Below are positions 31,658 to 43,118 of a DNA stretch of 64,000 nucleotides, piece by piece. Made by a program: the position numbers and the translations under genes. The notes under the pieces are model-generated. The model ran no database searches and had not been told where the DNA came from. It worked only from the letters and a program-made list of their open reading frames with translations. This DNA is from an uncultured bacterium. GTDB taxonomy: Bacteria > Krumholzibacteriota > Krumholzibacteriia > Krumholzibacteriales > Krumholzibacteriaceae. The stretch spans positions 11,739 through 75,738 of the forward strand of contig CAVVEY010000022.1 in the NCBI GenBank assembly GCA_963747385.1, read 5' to 3'. Numbering within the stretch: the stretch's first letter is position 1; each line of letters opens with the position of its first letter.

Positions 31658-34163
31658 CGTATCACCACGAATTTCCCGACGACCCTCGGAAATTTCCCGT
31701 CATCGGGATCGACGCTGAAGAGATATACGCCGCTCGTGACGGTCTGGCCGTTCCGCGAGACGAGGTTCCACGCGAGCGTGCCGCTGCCGGCGCTCCCGTC
31801 GTGTCGAAGATTCTGCACGAGATCCCCCGCGACGGTGAAGATACGCACGGTGCTCCAGCACTTCGGGAGATTCCGGAATTCGGCCTTCTCTCCCGAAGGA
31901 TCGGCGTTGTTCGGCTCGAACGTCCACGGCGCCATCCTTTCGCGCGTGACCGGATTCGGCACGACGTAGACGTCCGTTTCGTCGAAAAATTCCGCCTCCT
32001 GGGCCTCCGATCGCGGCGCCGCGTAGACGAAATTCCCATAGGGAGAATCCACTCTCCCCATTCCTTTCGGCTTGCCGAATACGTACAACGGCTCATACGC
32101 GATGACGGAGTAGAAATAGGGCATCCCGTTCTTCACGTCGTGATCGATGTATCGATAGTACTGCCGCCCGCCGTCGAAGCCGAGATTCCACCGCGCGAGC
32201 GCTTCCAGCGTGTCGCACTCCGCGCCCGTGACTCCGGGAGGGCAGGGAACCTCGGCGAGCGGATCGTAGCGGAGGTTTTCCTCGAAGGCCTTGAGGAGCG
32301 CCGCCCGTCCCTCCACCTGCTGGAGGGGCTCGTACTGAAAACCTCCGTCCTGCCACGGTCTCCTGAGATCGACGTTGGGCTCGATGTCGTTCACGAGATC
32401 GCGGGTGTCGAGCAGGTGCCACAGGTCGTCGCTCGGCCCGCTCGCCACCGTCGTCCCGAGCGGCCGGTGCCATTCGTCGGCCCTCCAAACCTGATAGCCC
32501 TCGAATTCGATCTTCAACGTAACCGGATCGGGGGTAATCTCGCTCAGGTTATCCCAGATGAGGCCGACGACGCCGTCGCCGACGACGGCGCGCATGACGG
32601 GCGCGGGCGGCGTTACGCTCGTGATCCAGTTTATCCGGGCCTCGCAGCCGTTGATGCCCGTTTGAAAATCCTTCAGGAGCATCGACCCTTTGAAGCAGCC
32701 CGGATAATTCGCCATCGTCCTTTCTTCGAAGCAGTCCGCGTTAATCCAGATCGTGTCGCGGACGGCGACCTTGACCTTCTCGGTGCTCGCGCAGGGGTCC
32801 GGATATATCCCCTGTGTCGCGGAATTCTCGTCGCCGATGAAAATCGTCTCGCGGCCGTTGATTCCCGTATTGCGGTTCTTGTCCTTGTCGACCCACGTCC
32901 CTGCGTAAACGAGCTTCATGAATGCGGCGTTGTCGCAGGAACTCATCGAGCCCTTCGCCGGCCGTGTATGCGATGTCCAGCTGTATCGATTGCCCCGGCG
33001 CGAGGAAGAACGGCCCCACGCTCATGAGGGCCTTGTAGTCGTTCGGATCTTCCGTGTCGGGCTGAAACGAGCTTTTCGAGAGAAGCTCGTAGCGCTGAAA
33101 GTCGTTTATCGGCTCGCCGCCGCGATCGTATGGAAGCAGCCCGGCGAAAATGCGGATCGCCGAGGGAGTGTCCTGCGCCTCCTCCGTCGGTCCCGTCCTG
33201 CATAACCATATGGGTGCCCAGAAGCACGATGCCGAAATATCCTTTCGTTCTCCCGCCGTCCCCGTCGTCGTCGTGGACATAGAGCGTGGAGATCCTCTCG
33301 GGTCTCGAAATGCCTCCGCCGAGGGGGGCGCACCAGATGCCCGACCACGATCCGATCTGATCGTCCTTGTAGTAGCTCGGAGCGTTCCTCGGCCCCGCGT
33401 CGAGATCGGCGTATATGCCCACATAGACGTTCTGAAGAAATCTGACTCCCTCGTTGCTGATATCGTAGTGCACGCCCACGGAGTTGTAGCTGCTTTCCTC
33501 GCTCCACTGGTACGTCTCCTGGCGAACCTTGAGATTGAGCGGCGCGTGCTCGGGCCATACCTCCTGCGCGGTGCCCTGATCGTCCGTGAACCAGCAGGAA
33601 TACATGATCTTCCCGAGGGCGGCGAAATCTTCGTCGATGAGCCCGTCATGATCGTCGTCGCGCCCGTTGAGCCAGTCCTCGTTGATTCGCCCGTCGCCGT
33701 CGTCGTCGGGATTTGACGGATAGGTGCGCCCTCCCTTCATCCCTTCGGTCGTCTTGTAGATGATATCGACCGCGTCGTCGCTGGGGTAAAACTCCATTTC
33801 GGGATAACCGGTCGAGACCGAGGGCACGCCGTCGATCTCGGCGCCGACCCAGAGCCCGGCGGCGTAGAGATACTCGACCCCGCTTCCCGCGGGCCACTGG
33901 GCCGAGGGGGAATCGGCCATCGGATAGCTGCTCTTGGGAAGCGAGCCGAGAAAGCCGAAGTTCGTCACGTTCATCTGGAGGTTCCCGCTCGAAGTTACTG
34001 CCCGTCCGTCCAGAACGAGCGTCCGGCTGATGGTTTCGATCTTGTCTTTGAGATTATCCCCGCGGTCCTGGGCGTATGCCGGTCCGCGCATGACGGTGCC
34101 AAGAGCCAGGAGAATCCAACAGCCCGTCGCCCGCACAACATAGCAACGCCGGAGCACGAACAC
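31654..34163 (-). CDS. Secreted protein with T9SS/FlgD-like C-terminal domain, module 1 (apparent +1 frameshift near 32936)
   Basis: Signal peptide, GNLQMNVTNFGFLGS, DxDGDG repeats and C-terminal YVVPNP...RIFTVAGDLV...WNLVSRNG...SGVYLF...GKFVVIR. Confidence 0.82.
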
Positions 34164-34224
34164 ACCTCCGCCGCGTCCCCCCGGAAATTCGAGGTAACGC
34201 GCAAAAACCGTGCAGCTTTAATAT

Positions 34225-34233
34225 ATTATACCA
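34225..34233 (-). promoter_or_regulatory. Extended -10 promoter element upstream of module 1
   Basis: TGgTATAAT on the minus strand within an AT-rich patch. Confidence 0.5.
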
Positions 34234-34295
34234 TATGGAGCGAGTAAAGTTCCTTGACGGGGCGAGCGGAGGAAGCGGGCCGCGCCCGTTTCGCG

Positions 34296-36533
34296 TCACG
34301 GGCCTGCTCGTATTCCCCACTCCCCGAACACGACGTCGGCTATCGAATCGACCTGGGCCCTGTTGAAGAACCAGAGCGGCAAGCCGAAATGCACGCTCGG
34401 GGCGGCGACGGCGCCCGGAACCGGCGCGACGACGTCTGCGTACCTCGTCGTCCAGAACGCTACCACCGTCTTGTCGACCGCCGAGACCGAGTTGCGCGCC
34501 CGCATGCGGTACAGGGGGTGGAAGCAGGACTGCGGGCTCGCCCCGATGACGTCCATCCAGTATTCGGGGTTGTATATCTCCACGTAGCTGAATCCCTTGA
34601 CCTGGGGATCGAAGAAGTTGCCGGGCTTCGTCACCGTCGACCAGAGCTGGAGCTTTCGCGGCAGACCGGGCAGCGCCCCCGTAACCGCGTCAGCCGCGTC
34701 GATGTATCCGTAGCCCATCGCGTCCCACTCGATCCGCCTTTCGGGCATGGACCACCACCAATCGCCTCGGGGCAGCGCCGCGGCCTTGTCGATCACCGAA
34801 ACGCAGTAATCCCGGTACGCCATGCACTCGACCCCGCTCGTATCCCCCGCGCAGCCGACCTGCGGCCCGTTGATCTCGCATTTCAGGTACAGGGGAAATC
34901 GCTGCGCGTTCTCGTACAGAACCGCGGCGAGACCGCCTTGCCTGTCCGACCTCCCGCAGCTCCAGAGATGCCCCCCCGAGGCGACGTAATACGAAAGGAA
35001 ATTGAACCTGGAGTGGCCCAGCGTGGATATGCGGCTCTCGGGCGTGAACAGCACCATGTTGTCCCACGCGTTGATTCTGTTGTCGGACGAATAGGTCCAG
35101 ATGATGCTCCGGTATTTCCACAGAATCTCGGCGCGCGGCGGAAGAAAGCTCAGGTCTTTCGTGTCGAACACGTCGCGGTCGGGATTGAAGTCCCGCGCGC
35201 GCGCGCAGATCCTGAGCCAGAACTGATCGTGCTCCTTCTCCGTCGGAAAGGAGTAATCGGTCTGAACGAAATCGGTCGAATAGAAATCGTCGACCCAGAG
35301 CAGGTTCCTGCTCATATCGATGGGGAATACGCTGATCTCGATCTGCGCGAGCGTCGAATAGCCGTTGTTGTCGATCGCCTCGATGAACAGCGTATGGACG
35401 CCCGAGCTGAAGCTGCGGGGCGGCGCCGACGTCGCATAGGGGCTCGGGAGCACCTCCCAGTCGCTCGGATTGGAGAGATCCGCGACGTCCCACCCGTACC
35501 GGTAGCCGCTGATGACCCCCCCGTAGCTGCTCGCGTCCGCGCTCCATGTGAAGCGAAAAGCGAACTCGGCGGGAAGAGAGAACGCCTGCGGCCGGATATT
35601 GGTGCCGATGAACCGGTGCAGGCCGAGATACGTTTCTTTGACCGTGAGCTCCGGCCCCACGACCTTGAGGATCGCGTAGACGCGGACGTTCGATCTCATG
35701 TCGAATATCGACGTGACCGCCCCGGCCTCGTCCTTCGCCTGGACCGCGAAAACGTACCGGCTCTTCATGTCGAGCATCTCGTCGTCCCCCAGGACGACGG
35801 TCGTGCCCGAATCCCCCGGAGCGTCCGTCGCGATCCATCGGGACCAGAGCGATTCGAAGCGATCGAGGCGCTCGTTCAGCTCCTGCACGGTGCCGTCGGT
35901 CCAGACCGTCCAGAGGTAACGGATCGAGTCGACCTTCGCGACGTGCCACGGATCGTCCCTCGGATCGGTCCCCACCCAGTGGAACCGGACGATCGGCGGC
36001 AGCGTCTGGGTCTGTCCCGGAAAGGCGTTGGGGGGAAAATCGATCGTGACGCCCGGGGCCAGAGTCCAGGTCGTGAACGAGCGGTATGCGGGCTCCGACC
36101 GGCTTCCCCGGTCGTCGACGGCCCTCACGAAAAAGGTATGCGTTCTCTTGAATCGCGAGAACGTGCCCCCGCCTATCGTCACGGTCGTATCGTATTGATC
36201 CGCGGCGAGCACGAAAACGCTGTCGGTGCGGGGCGTCTTCGTCCACCGCTCGAGCCCCGTCGTATCCTGCCGGTTGAACCCGAGAGGGTCGCCGTCGCAG
36301 ACGACGAACTCGTAGCGCTCGACCTTTCCGTCGCGGTCTTGCCCCAGCCAGCTGAGCTCGACCTTGTACCCGACGACGTCCTGCTCGACCGGACCGTTCA
36401 CGAGCCGGATCGTCGGCGGCGCGTTCGTTTCCGTCGAGTCGATGAACGCGTTCTCCGAGCAGCCCGCGCAGAGGAGCGCCGCGGCGGCGAGGATAATCCG
36501 GATTCTGCGGCCCTTCATGTTCATGCCGTTCAC
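34296..36533 (-). CDS. Large lipoprotein of duplicated module 2 (intact)
   Basis: Lipobox CAG-C; Ig/Fn3-like beta-rich segments then an alpha/beta C-terminal domain. GTG start overlaps the upstream TGA. Confidence 0.85.
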   Translation of the reverse strand: MNGMNMKGRRIRIILAAAALLCAGCSENAFIDSTETNAPPTIRLVNGPVEQDVVGYKVELSWLGQDRDGKVERYEFVVCDGDPLGFNRQDTTGLERWTKTPRTDSVFVLAADQYDTTVTIGGGTFSRFKRTHTFFVRAVDDRGSRSEPAYRSFTTWTLAPGVTIDFPPNAFPGQTQTLPPIVRFHWVGTDPRDDPWHVAKVDSIRYLWTVWTDGTVQELNERLDRFESLWSRWIATDAPGDSGTTVVLGDDEMLDMKSRYVFAVQAKDEAGAVTSIFDMRSNVRVYAILKVVGPELTVKETYLGLHRFIGTNIRPQAFSLPAEFAFRFTWSADASSYGGVISGYRYGWDVADLSNPSDWEVLPSPYATSAPPRSFSSGVHTLFIEAIDNNGYSTLAQIEISVFPIDMSRNLLWVDDFYSTDFVQTDYSFPTEKEHDQFWLRICARARDFNPDRDVFDTKDLSFLPPRAEILWKYRSIIWTYSSDNRINAWDNMVLFTPESRISTLGHSRFNFLSYYVASGGHLWSCGRSDRQGGLAAVLYENAQRFPLYLKCEINGPQVGCAGDTSGVECMAYRDYCVSVIDKAAALPRGDWWWSMPERRIEWDAMGYGYIDAADAVTGALPGLPRKLQLWSTVTKPGNFFDPQVKGFSYVEIYNPEYWMDVIGASPQSCFHPLYRMRARNSVSAVDKTVVAFWTTRYADVVAPVPGAVAAPSVHFGLPLWFFNRAQVDSIADVVFGEWGIRAGP

Positions 36534-39056
36534 CGTATGACGACGAATTTTCCCACGACCCGCCGGAATCTCCCGTCCTCCGGCTCGACGCCGAAAAGAT
36601 ACACGCCGCTCGCGAGGCCCTGCCCGTTCCTCGATACCATGTTCCACGGGAGCGTCCCGTTGCCGCCGCCGCCGTCATGCGCGAGCGCCGCGACGAGATC
36701 CCCCGAGAGCGTGTAGATTCTCACCGTGCTGCGGCACCTCGGGAGATTGCGGAACTCCAGCTTTTCGCCGCTCGGATCGCCGTTGTTCGGCTCGAGCGTC
36801 CACGGCGCCGTTCGCGCCTTCGTGACGGGATTCGGCACGACGTATATCTCTTCCGGATCGAAATCCCCGTACGTCTGCGCCGGCGAATGCGGCTCGACGT
36901 AGACGAAATTCGAAATGGGCGTGTCGCGCACGCCGATGGCGTCCGGATTCCCGTGCAGCAGGAGATTGTCGTATGCAACCACGGCGTAGAAATAGGGCAT
37001 CCCGTTCTTCGGCGCGGTGTCGATATACGTGTAGTACTGCCTTCCCCCTTCGAGCCCGAGATTCCAGCGGGCGAGCGCCTCGAGCGTGTCGCATTCCGCG
37101 CTCGCGAGCCCCGACGGGCACGGGGGAGACTCGAACGGATTGGACTTCAGGCGCTGCTCGAACTCGTCGATGAGACCTTCGCGCTCGCCGAGGCGCGCGA
37201 GAGGCTCGTAAGCGAACCCCCCCTCCGAGAACGATCTCTTGAAATCGTTGTCGGGCGGAAGGCCGTTGACGAGATCCCGGTTCTCGACAAGATGCCACAG
37301 ATCGGCGCTCGGACCGCTCGCCTCGGTCGTCCCGAGCGGACGGCGCCAGTCGTCGGCCCTCCAGATCTGGTAGCCCTCGAAGTCGTACCGCAGCGTGACG
37401 AGGTCGCGCGTTATCTCGCTCAGGTTGTCCCAGAAGAGCGTGACCGTGCCGTCGCCGGCCGTCGCCCGCATCGCGGGAGGAGGAGGCGCCGTGCTCGTCA
37501 CCCAATGAACCTGCGTTTCCTTGCCGTCGACGCCGGTTTGAAAGTCCCTGAAGCTCAAGTTCCCCCGGTAGCACGCGGGGTAATTGTAGAATTCGAGCTC
37601 CTCCGCGCAATCGGCGTTCGTCCAGAGCGTGTCTCCCCTTCTGAGGCGGATGCTTTCTTCGTAGTCGTCGCAGGCGTCGGGATCGATCATGTCCACGGGG
37701 CCCGCCACCGGCGTCTCCCTGCCGCGGATCCCCGTCTGCGGCCGCTTGTCGACGTCGTGCCATATGCCGCGATAGACGTACGCCGCCATCGCGGCGTTGT
37801 CGAGAAGACCCGCGAGCCCCTCGCCGCACGCATAGGCGGCATGAATCTCGATCGCGGCGCCCGGCATGAGCTGCGAGAACGGGCCGACGCTCATGAGCGC
37901 CTTGTAATCGTTCGGCTCGACCGTATTCACATCCATCGCCGCGTTCGAGAGCGAGGAATAGCGCTCGAAGTCGTTCACCGGCTCTCCCCCGCGCTCGAAA
38001 GGCAGCAGCCCCGTGAAAATCCTCACGGCGTTGAGCTGCCCCGCGACCGGAACGGCATCCCAGATCGTCTGCGTCCAGCTCCCGAGAAGCACGAGCCCGA
38101 AATAGCCCGGCGTCCTGCCGCCGTCACCGTCGGCGTCGTAAACGTATACGACGCTGAATCGCACCGGCACGGAGGCGTCGCCCACCCTCGCGCACCAGAT
38201 CCCTTCCCACGTGCCTACCATGTCGTCCCTGAAATAATTGCCGAGATTTCTCGGCCCCGCGTCGAGGTCGGCGTATATGCCGGCGTAGATATTCTCCAGG
38301 ATGTCGTCGCCGGTATTCGTGACGGTGTAATGAACCCCGATGAAATTGTAGAGCTGCTTTTCGCTCCACTGGAAGGTCTCCTGCCGCACCTCGATCCCGA
38401 GCGGCGAATGCTCCGGCCAGACGCGCCTCGCGACCTCCTCGACGTCGGAGTAGCGGCACGAGTACATGAGATTGCCGATCGCCGCGTAGTCCTCGTCGAT
38501 GAGGCCGTCGCCGTCGTCGTCGCGCCCGTTCGAGCGGGTCCTCGTTCACGCGCCGGTCGCCGTCGTCGTCGGCGCGGCCCGGGTAATTCCCGCCCCCCTT
38601 CGTCCCTTCCGAGCTGCGATAGATGACGTCGATCGGATCGTCCGACGGATAGAGCTCGGTCTCGGGATATCCCGTCGAGACGGCCGGGACACCCGTCCGT
38701 TCCGCGCCGATCCAGATCCCCGCCGCGTAGAGATATTCGATTCCGCTTCCCGCGGGCCATTGCGCGGACGGGGAATCGGACATCGGCAGCCGGCTCGCCG
38801 GCATCGAGCCGAGGAATCCGAAGTTGGTCACGTTCATCTGGAGATTGCCCGCGTACTGGACGCGGCTTCCGTCGATGACGAGCGACTTCTTGGCGAGATC
38901 GAGCTTCCCGGCGAGGGCGCTCGCGCGGTCTTCGGCGCGGGCGGACGAAAAGGCTCCGGGCCCGAACGGGATCGAGCCGCCCGCGAACTGAAGCATTCCG
39001 AGCGCGAGCACGAGCGAGAGTGCGATCGTTTTGCCTTGCGGGAGAGAAAGCCGCAT
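36530..39056 (-). CDS. Secreted protein with T9SS/FlgD-like C-terminal domain, module 2 (apparent +1 frameshift near 38531)
   Basis: Paralogue of 31654..34163 with the same N-terminal motifs and the same GKFVVIR end. Confidence 0.82.
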
Positions 39057-39218
39057 ACCCCGCCATGCCCCCCATGGCATCGTGTGCAGATTGTGCCGAG
39101 ATCGTTTCGTGCCGGGTCGTATTGTGCTTGAAATATCGCGGTTGCCGCGGCGCGCCGCAATTCCATAATGGGGCGGAGGAGGACGCGGCTCACCCCCGCC
39201 CTTGCGCGGCGACGAGCG

Positions 39219-40050
39219 CTACCTGGCCGCCGATCGCGGCCTGATCCCGAGGACATTCGGGACGGGCCAGGCGTGGTCGTTGTCGTCATCTTCCTCGAAA
39301 TCGGTTTCGAAGCTCCCGAACGTCTCGATTTCTTCGTCGCCGACGCGAAGATAGAGCTGGGCTTCCGGGCCCCCTTCAAGATGCTGCGCGGCCACCAGGC
39401 CGATTCCCATCGAGAGCAATTCGCGGTTCAGGTCGTGCATCGTGAAGGGCGACCGGGAGAAGATAAAGAGAATCCGCCCCGCGGCGTCTTCGCCCAGAGC
39501 GCGCCTCGCTCCAGCGTTTGGCTTGCTGACTCCAGCGATTCGTCCCGGGCCGCTTGATGAGCCTGAGATTCTGGACAACGAGAGAATAATCGCTCCGGAT
39601 AGAGTCTATCGTCGCTCCCGGTTCATCCAGATCGAATATGCGGAACCGCGGCAGGTTCTTCTTCCCCGTGGGGCCGAACGCGGCCGCCGATTCATATCTA
39701 TTCACGCGATTGCTGTTCACATGCCCGCCCTGTCGAAGATACCCGATGTGCGTCCTGTAGTCGTCGGCGAACATGCCGGCGTTGATCGCGGCCGTGAACG
39801 TGCGCTCCCTGCACCATTGCCTGGCGGTTCGCCCGACGGTCGCTTCCTTCTCCTGGCTCAACCCGGCGAACTCCAGATCCCACTGGGCCGGATCGATGCG
39901 CAGCACCGTTATGCGCCCTTTGCCGCTCCCGGGCGAGGAGCCCGCGACGAAGGTTCCTATATCCAATCCGGGGGCGAGCGTTCTCCAGGGAGCGCTCGCT
40001 CCCCCGTTCAGAGCCAGGACCAAACCGAGAAAAAGTCCGCATATTTGCAA
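39219..40050 (-). CDS. Phosphodiester glycosidase (NAGPA/DUF2233-like) exported protein (apparent +1 frameshift near 39501)
   Basis: GGAGGTG SD and TTG start; signal peptide; AAINAGMF, ALGEDAAGRILF and HLEGGPEAQL motifs. Confidence 0.72.
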
Positions 40051-40067
40051 TCTGCACCTCCGGCGAG

Positions 40068-41196
40068 CTACCCCGCCCGCTTGTGGAACCTCATCGTCGC
40101 GAACCCGAACACGCACACCCCTATAATAAGCAACGAGCGCAGCTCCGGCCAGAGCACATCGAGCCCTCCCCCTTTGAGGAAGATCTCGCGGTTGATCGCG
40201 ACGAAGTAGCGGAGCGGATTGATCGCGGTGATCGTTTGCACGGCGCGCGGCATGTTCTCGATCGGGTAGAAGAGCCCGCTGAGCAGGATGAATATCTGGA
40301 GGAAGAACCACGTGATGAAGAGCGCCTGCTGCTGGGTGCCCGCCATGGTCGAGATAAGGACCCCGAGCCCGAGGGTCGCGAGGATGAAGGTGAAGCCGAG
40401 GAGCGCGAGAAGCGCGACGTTCCCGGCGATCGGGATCTTGAACCAGAGAACGCCCACCGTCGTCGCGAGCGCCATCTCGGCGATCCCGAGCATCGCGAAG
40501 GGGATCGTCTTTCCCGCGATGATCTGCCAGGGCTTGAGCGGCGTCACGAGCAGCTGCTCGAGGGTCCCCGTCTCCCGCTCCTTCACGATGGCGAGACCCG
40601 TCAGCAGCATCGTTATGATCGTGAGCAGAATCGCGATGATCCCCGGGATCATGAAATAGACGCTCTTGAGCTCGGGATTGTACCAGATGCGCGTCTCCGG
40701 CTCGATGAAGCGCGGCGCGCGCATGATCGCAGGCGAGCGGGCGAGCCCCTCGGCCGCCCGGTCGCTCGCGAACCGGTGAATGATCCGGTTGCAATAGCCG
40801 AGCGCGATCCCGGCCGTGTTCGAATTCTGCCCGTCGAGAAGGATCTCCACCTCGGTCGGCTTTCCCGTCTCGAGACTCCGCCCGAAGTTCTTCGGGATGA
40901 CGATCGCGAGCACCGCTTCGCCGCGCCTCAGGTATCCCTCGATCCCCTTCTCCCGGATCGGCGATGCGTTTCACGACGAAATGCTCGTTGTGCGCGAAGC
41001 GGTCGACGAGCCCCCGGCTCGCGCTCGTGCCGTCGCGATCGATCGCGAGCAGCGCCACGTTCTTGACGTCGAAGGTCACCGCGTAACCGAGAACGAAGAG
41101 CTGAATGAGCGGCATCACGAAAATGATCCGCAGCATGGTCGGATCCCGGAAGATCTGGCGGAGCTCCTTGCGCACGAGATGGAGAACGCCCTTCAT
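40068..41196 (-). CDS. ABC-2 permease (YbhR-like; apparent +1 frameshift near 40952)
   Basis: KELRQIFRD, WYNPEL, KERETGTLEQLLVTP and SGLFYPIENMP motifs. Confidence 0.9.
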
Positions 41197-42356
41197 GCGC
41201 GCCCCCCCTTCGTCCCGAGCTTCATGTTGAACCGCTTCACCGCGAGGACCATGAGAACGAGGCCGACGGCGCCGAGCGCCGCGACGTGCGGCCAGAGATC
41301 CGCGAGAACGTTCCCCTTGAGCATGACCCCTCTCACGATCACGAGAAAATGCGTCGCCGGGAGAACGAACGAGACCGCCTGGAGCGCCCGCGGCATCGAG
41401 GCGACCGGGAAGATGAATCCCGAGAGCATGATGCTCGGAAGCAGCGTCAGCATGAGCGAGAGCATCATCGCGACCTGCTGCGTCGAGACGAGCGTCGATA
41501 TGAGGATGCCGAGCGCGAGCGCCGCGAAGAGATAGAGCAGGCAGTAGAGCATGAGGGCCCCGAGCGACCCGACGAAAGGCACCTTGAACCAGTAGTGCCC
41601 CACGGTCACGACGATCATCGCGACCGAAAAGGCGAGGACCAGATACGGGAGCACCTTGCCGACGATCACCTCGAAGGGTTTGATCGGGCTCACGAGGATC
41701 TGCTCCATCGTCCCCATTTCCTTTTCGCGGGCGATGGTGACGGACGTGAGGAGCGCCCCGAGCATCATCATGACGATCGCGACGAGGCCCGGCACGATGT
41801 AGTTGGTCGAATCGAGCGCGCGGTTGTAGAAGACGACCGGCCTCGCGGCGATAACGGGCGCGGCGCCCGCCCGCGGCGCGCCCGACGCCGCCCCGCCCGC
41901 GCCGGCCGCTCCGCCCCCCATCGACCGCGTCGCGATGAACGTCTCGAGATAGTTCTGCACGATCGAGGCGCTGTTCGCGTCGCTTCCGTCGATGACGATC
42001 CCGACCGCGGCGCGGCGCTCGCGCTCGAGCGTTCTCGCGAAATCCCGGGGGATGATCACCCCCGCGCGGATGACGCGCCGCTCGAACAGCCGCGCCGTTT
42101 CCCCGGGGCTCTCGCAGCGGGCGGCGACGGAGAAGTAGCTCGACGCGTCGATCGCCTCGACGAGCTCCCGGCTCTGGGGCGTGCGGCTCATATCGCAGAC
42201 GCCGAGGCGCACGTCTTTCAGGTCGAGATCGATCGCGTAGCCGAAGAGGAACATCATCACGTTCGGCAGCATGAATACGATCACGAGCGATCGCGGATCG
42301 CGGAGTATGTGCTTGAACTCCTTCCGCGCGAGCGCCGGTATGCGCGATCCTTTCAT
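41193..42356 (-). CDS. ABC-2 permease (YbhS-like)
   Basis: KEFKHILRDPR, DGSDAN and REKEMGTMEQILVSP motifs. Confidence 0.92.
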   Translation of the reverse strand: MKGSRIPALARKEFKHILRDPRSLVIVFMLPNVMMFLFGYAIDLDLKDVRLGVCDMSRTPQSRELVEAIDASSYFSVAARCESPGETARLFERRVIRAGVIIPRDFARTLERERRAAVGIVIDGSDANSASIVQNYLETFIATRSMGGGAAGAGGAASGAPRAGAAPVIAARPVVFYNRALDSTNYIVPGLVAIVMMMLGALLTSVTIAREKEMGTMEQILVSPIKPFEVIVGKVLPYLVLAFSVAMIVVTVGHYWFKVPFVGSLGALMLYCLLYLFAALALGILISTLVSTQQVAMMLSLMLTLLPSIMLSGFIFPVASMPRALQAVSFVLPATHFLVIVRGVMLKGNVLADLWPHVAALGAVGLVLMVLAVKRFNMKLGTKGGRA

Positions 42357-42387
42357 GCGCCCTCCCGCGGTGCGCGCGTTTCCCGGG

Positions 42388-43116
42388 TCATGCGCCCCTC
42401 ACGAGCTGAACGAATACGTCCTCGATCGAATGCGCGCCATGGCGCTTCTTGAGCTCGCCGGGCGAGCCGACGCTCACGATCTTCCCCGCGTGCATGACGC
42501 AGAGCCGGTTGCAGTACTCCGCCTCGTCCATGTAGTGCGTCGTCACGATGATCGCGACACCCCCGGCGGCGAGCTCGTTGATGAGCTCCCAGAAGCGGCG
42601 CCGCGCGATCGGATCGACCCCCGAGGTCGGCTCGTCGAGGAAGATGATCGCCGGCTTGTGCAGGATCGCCGCTCCGAGCGCGAGCCGCTGCTTGAACCCG
42701 AGGGGAAGCGACGCGGTGCGCCGATCGAGCCATTCCCCGAGCCCCAGCGCCTCGTTCAGCTCCGCCGTCCGTTTCTCGATCTCCGCCCGGCCGAGACCGT
42801 AGACTCCGCCGAAGAACTGCAGGTTCTCCTTCACGGTGAGATCGTTGTAGAGAGAGAATCTCTGGGACATGTAGCCGATGCTCTTCTTTATATTCTCGAA
42901 CTGCGTGTTGATATCCCATCCGCCGACCGTGCCGCCCCCCGAGCTCGGGCGCAGGAGCCCCGTGAGCATCCGGATCGTCGTCGTCTTGCCCGCGCCGTTC
43001 GCGCCGAGAAGGCCGAAGATTTCTCCCGCGCGGACCTCGAGCGATATGCGGTCGACCGCCGAAAAATCGCCGAAGCTCTTCGAGAGGTCCTTCACGACGA
43101 CGGAGAGCTCGTTCAT
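42388..43116 (-). CDS. ABC transporter ATP-binding protein
   Basis: GANGAGKTT, GYMSQRFSLY, LDEPTSGVDP and TTHYMDEAE motifs. Confidence 0.92.
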   Translation of the reverse strand: MNELSVVVKDLSKSFGDFSAVDRISLEVRAGEIFGLLGANGAGKTTTIRMLTGLLRPSSGGGTVGGWDINTQFENIKKSIGYMSQRFSLYNDLTVKENLQFFGGVYGLGRAEIEKRTAELNEALGLGEWLDRRTASLPLGFKQRLALGAAILHKPAIIFLDEPTSGVDPIARRRFWELINELAAGGVAIIVTTHYMDEAEYCNRLCVMHAGKIVSVGSPGELKKRHGAHSIEDVFVQLVRGA

Positions 43117-43118
43117 GC

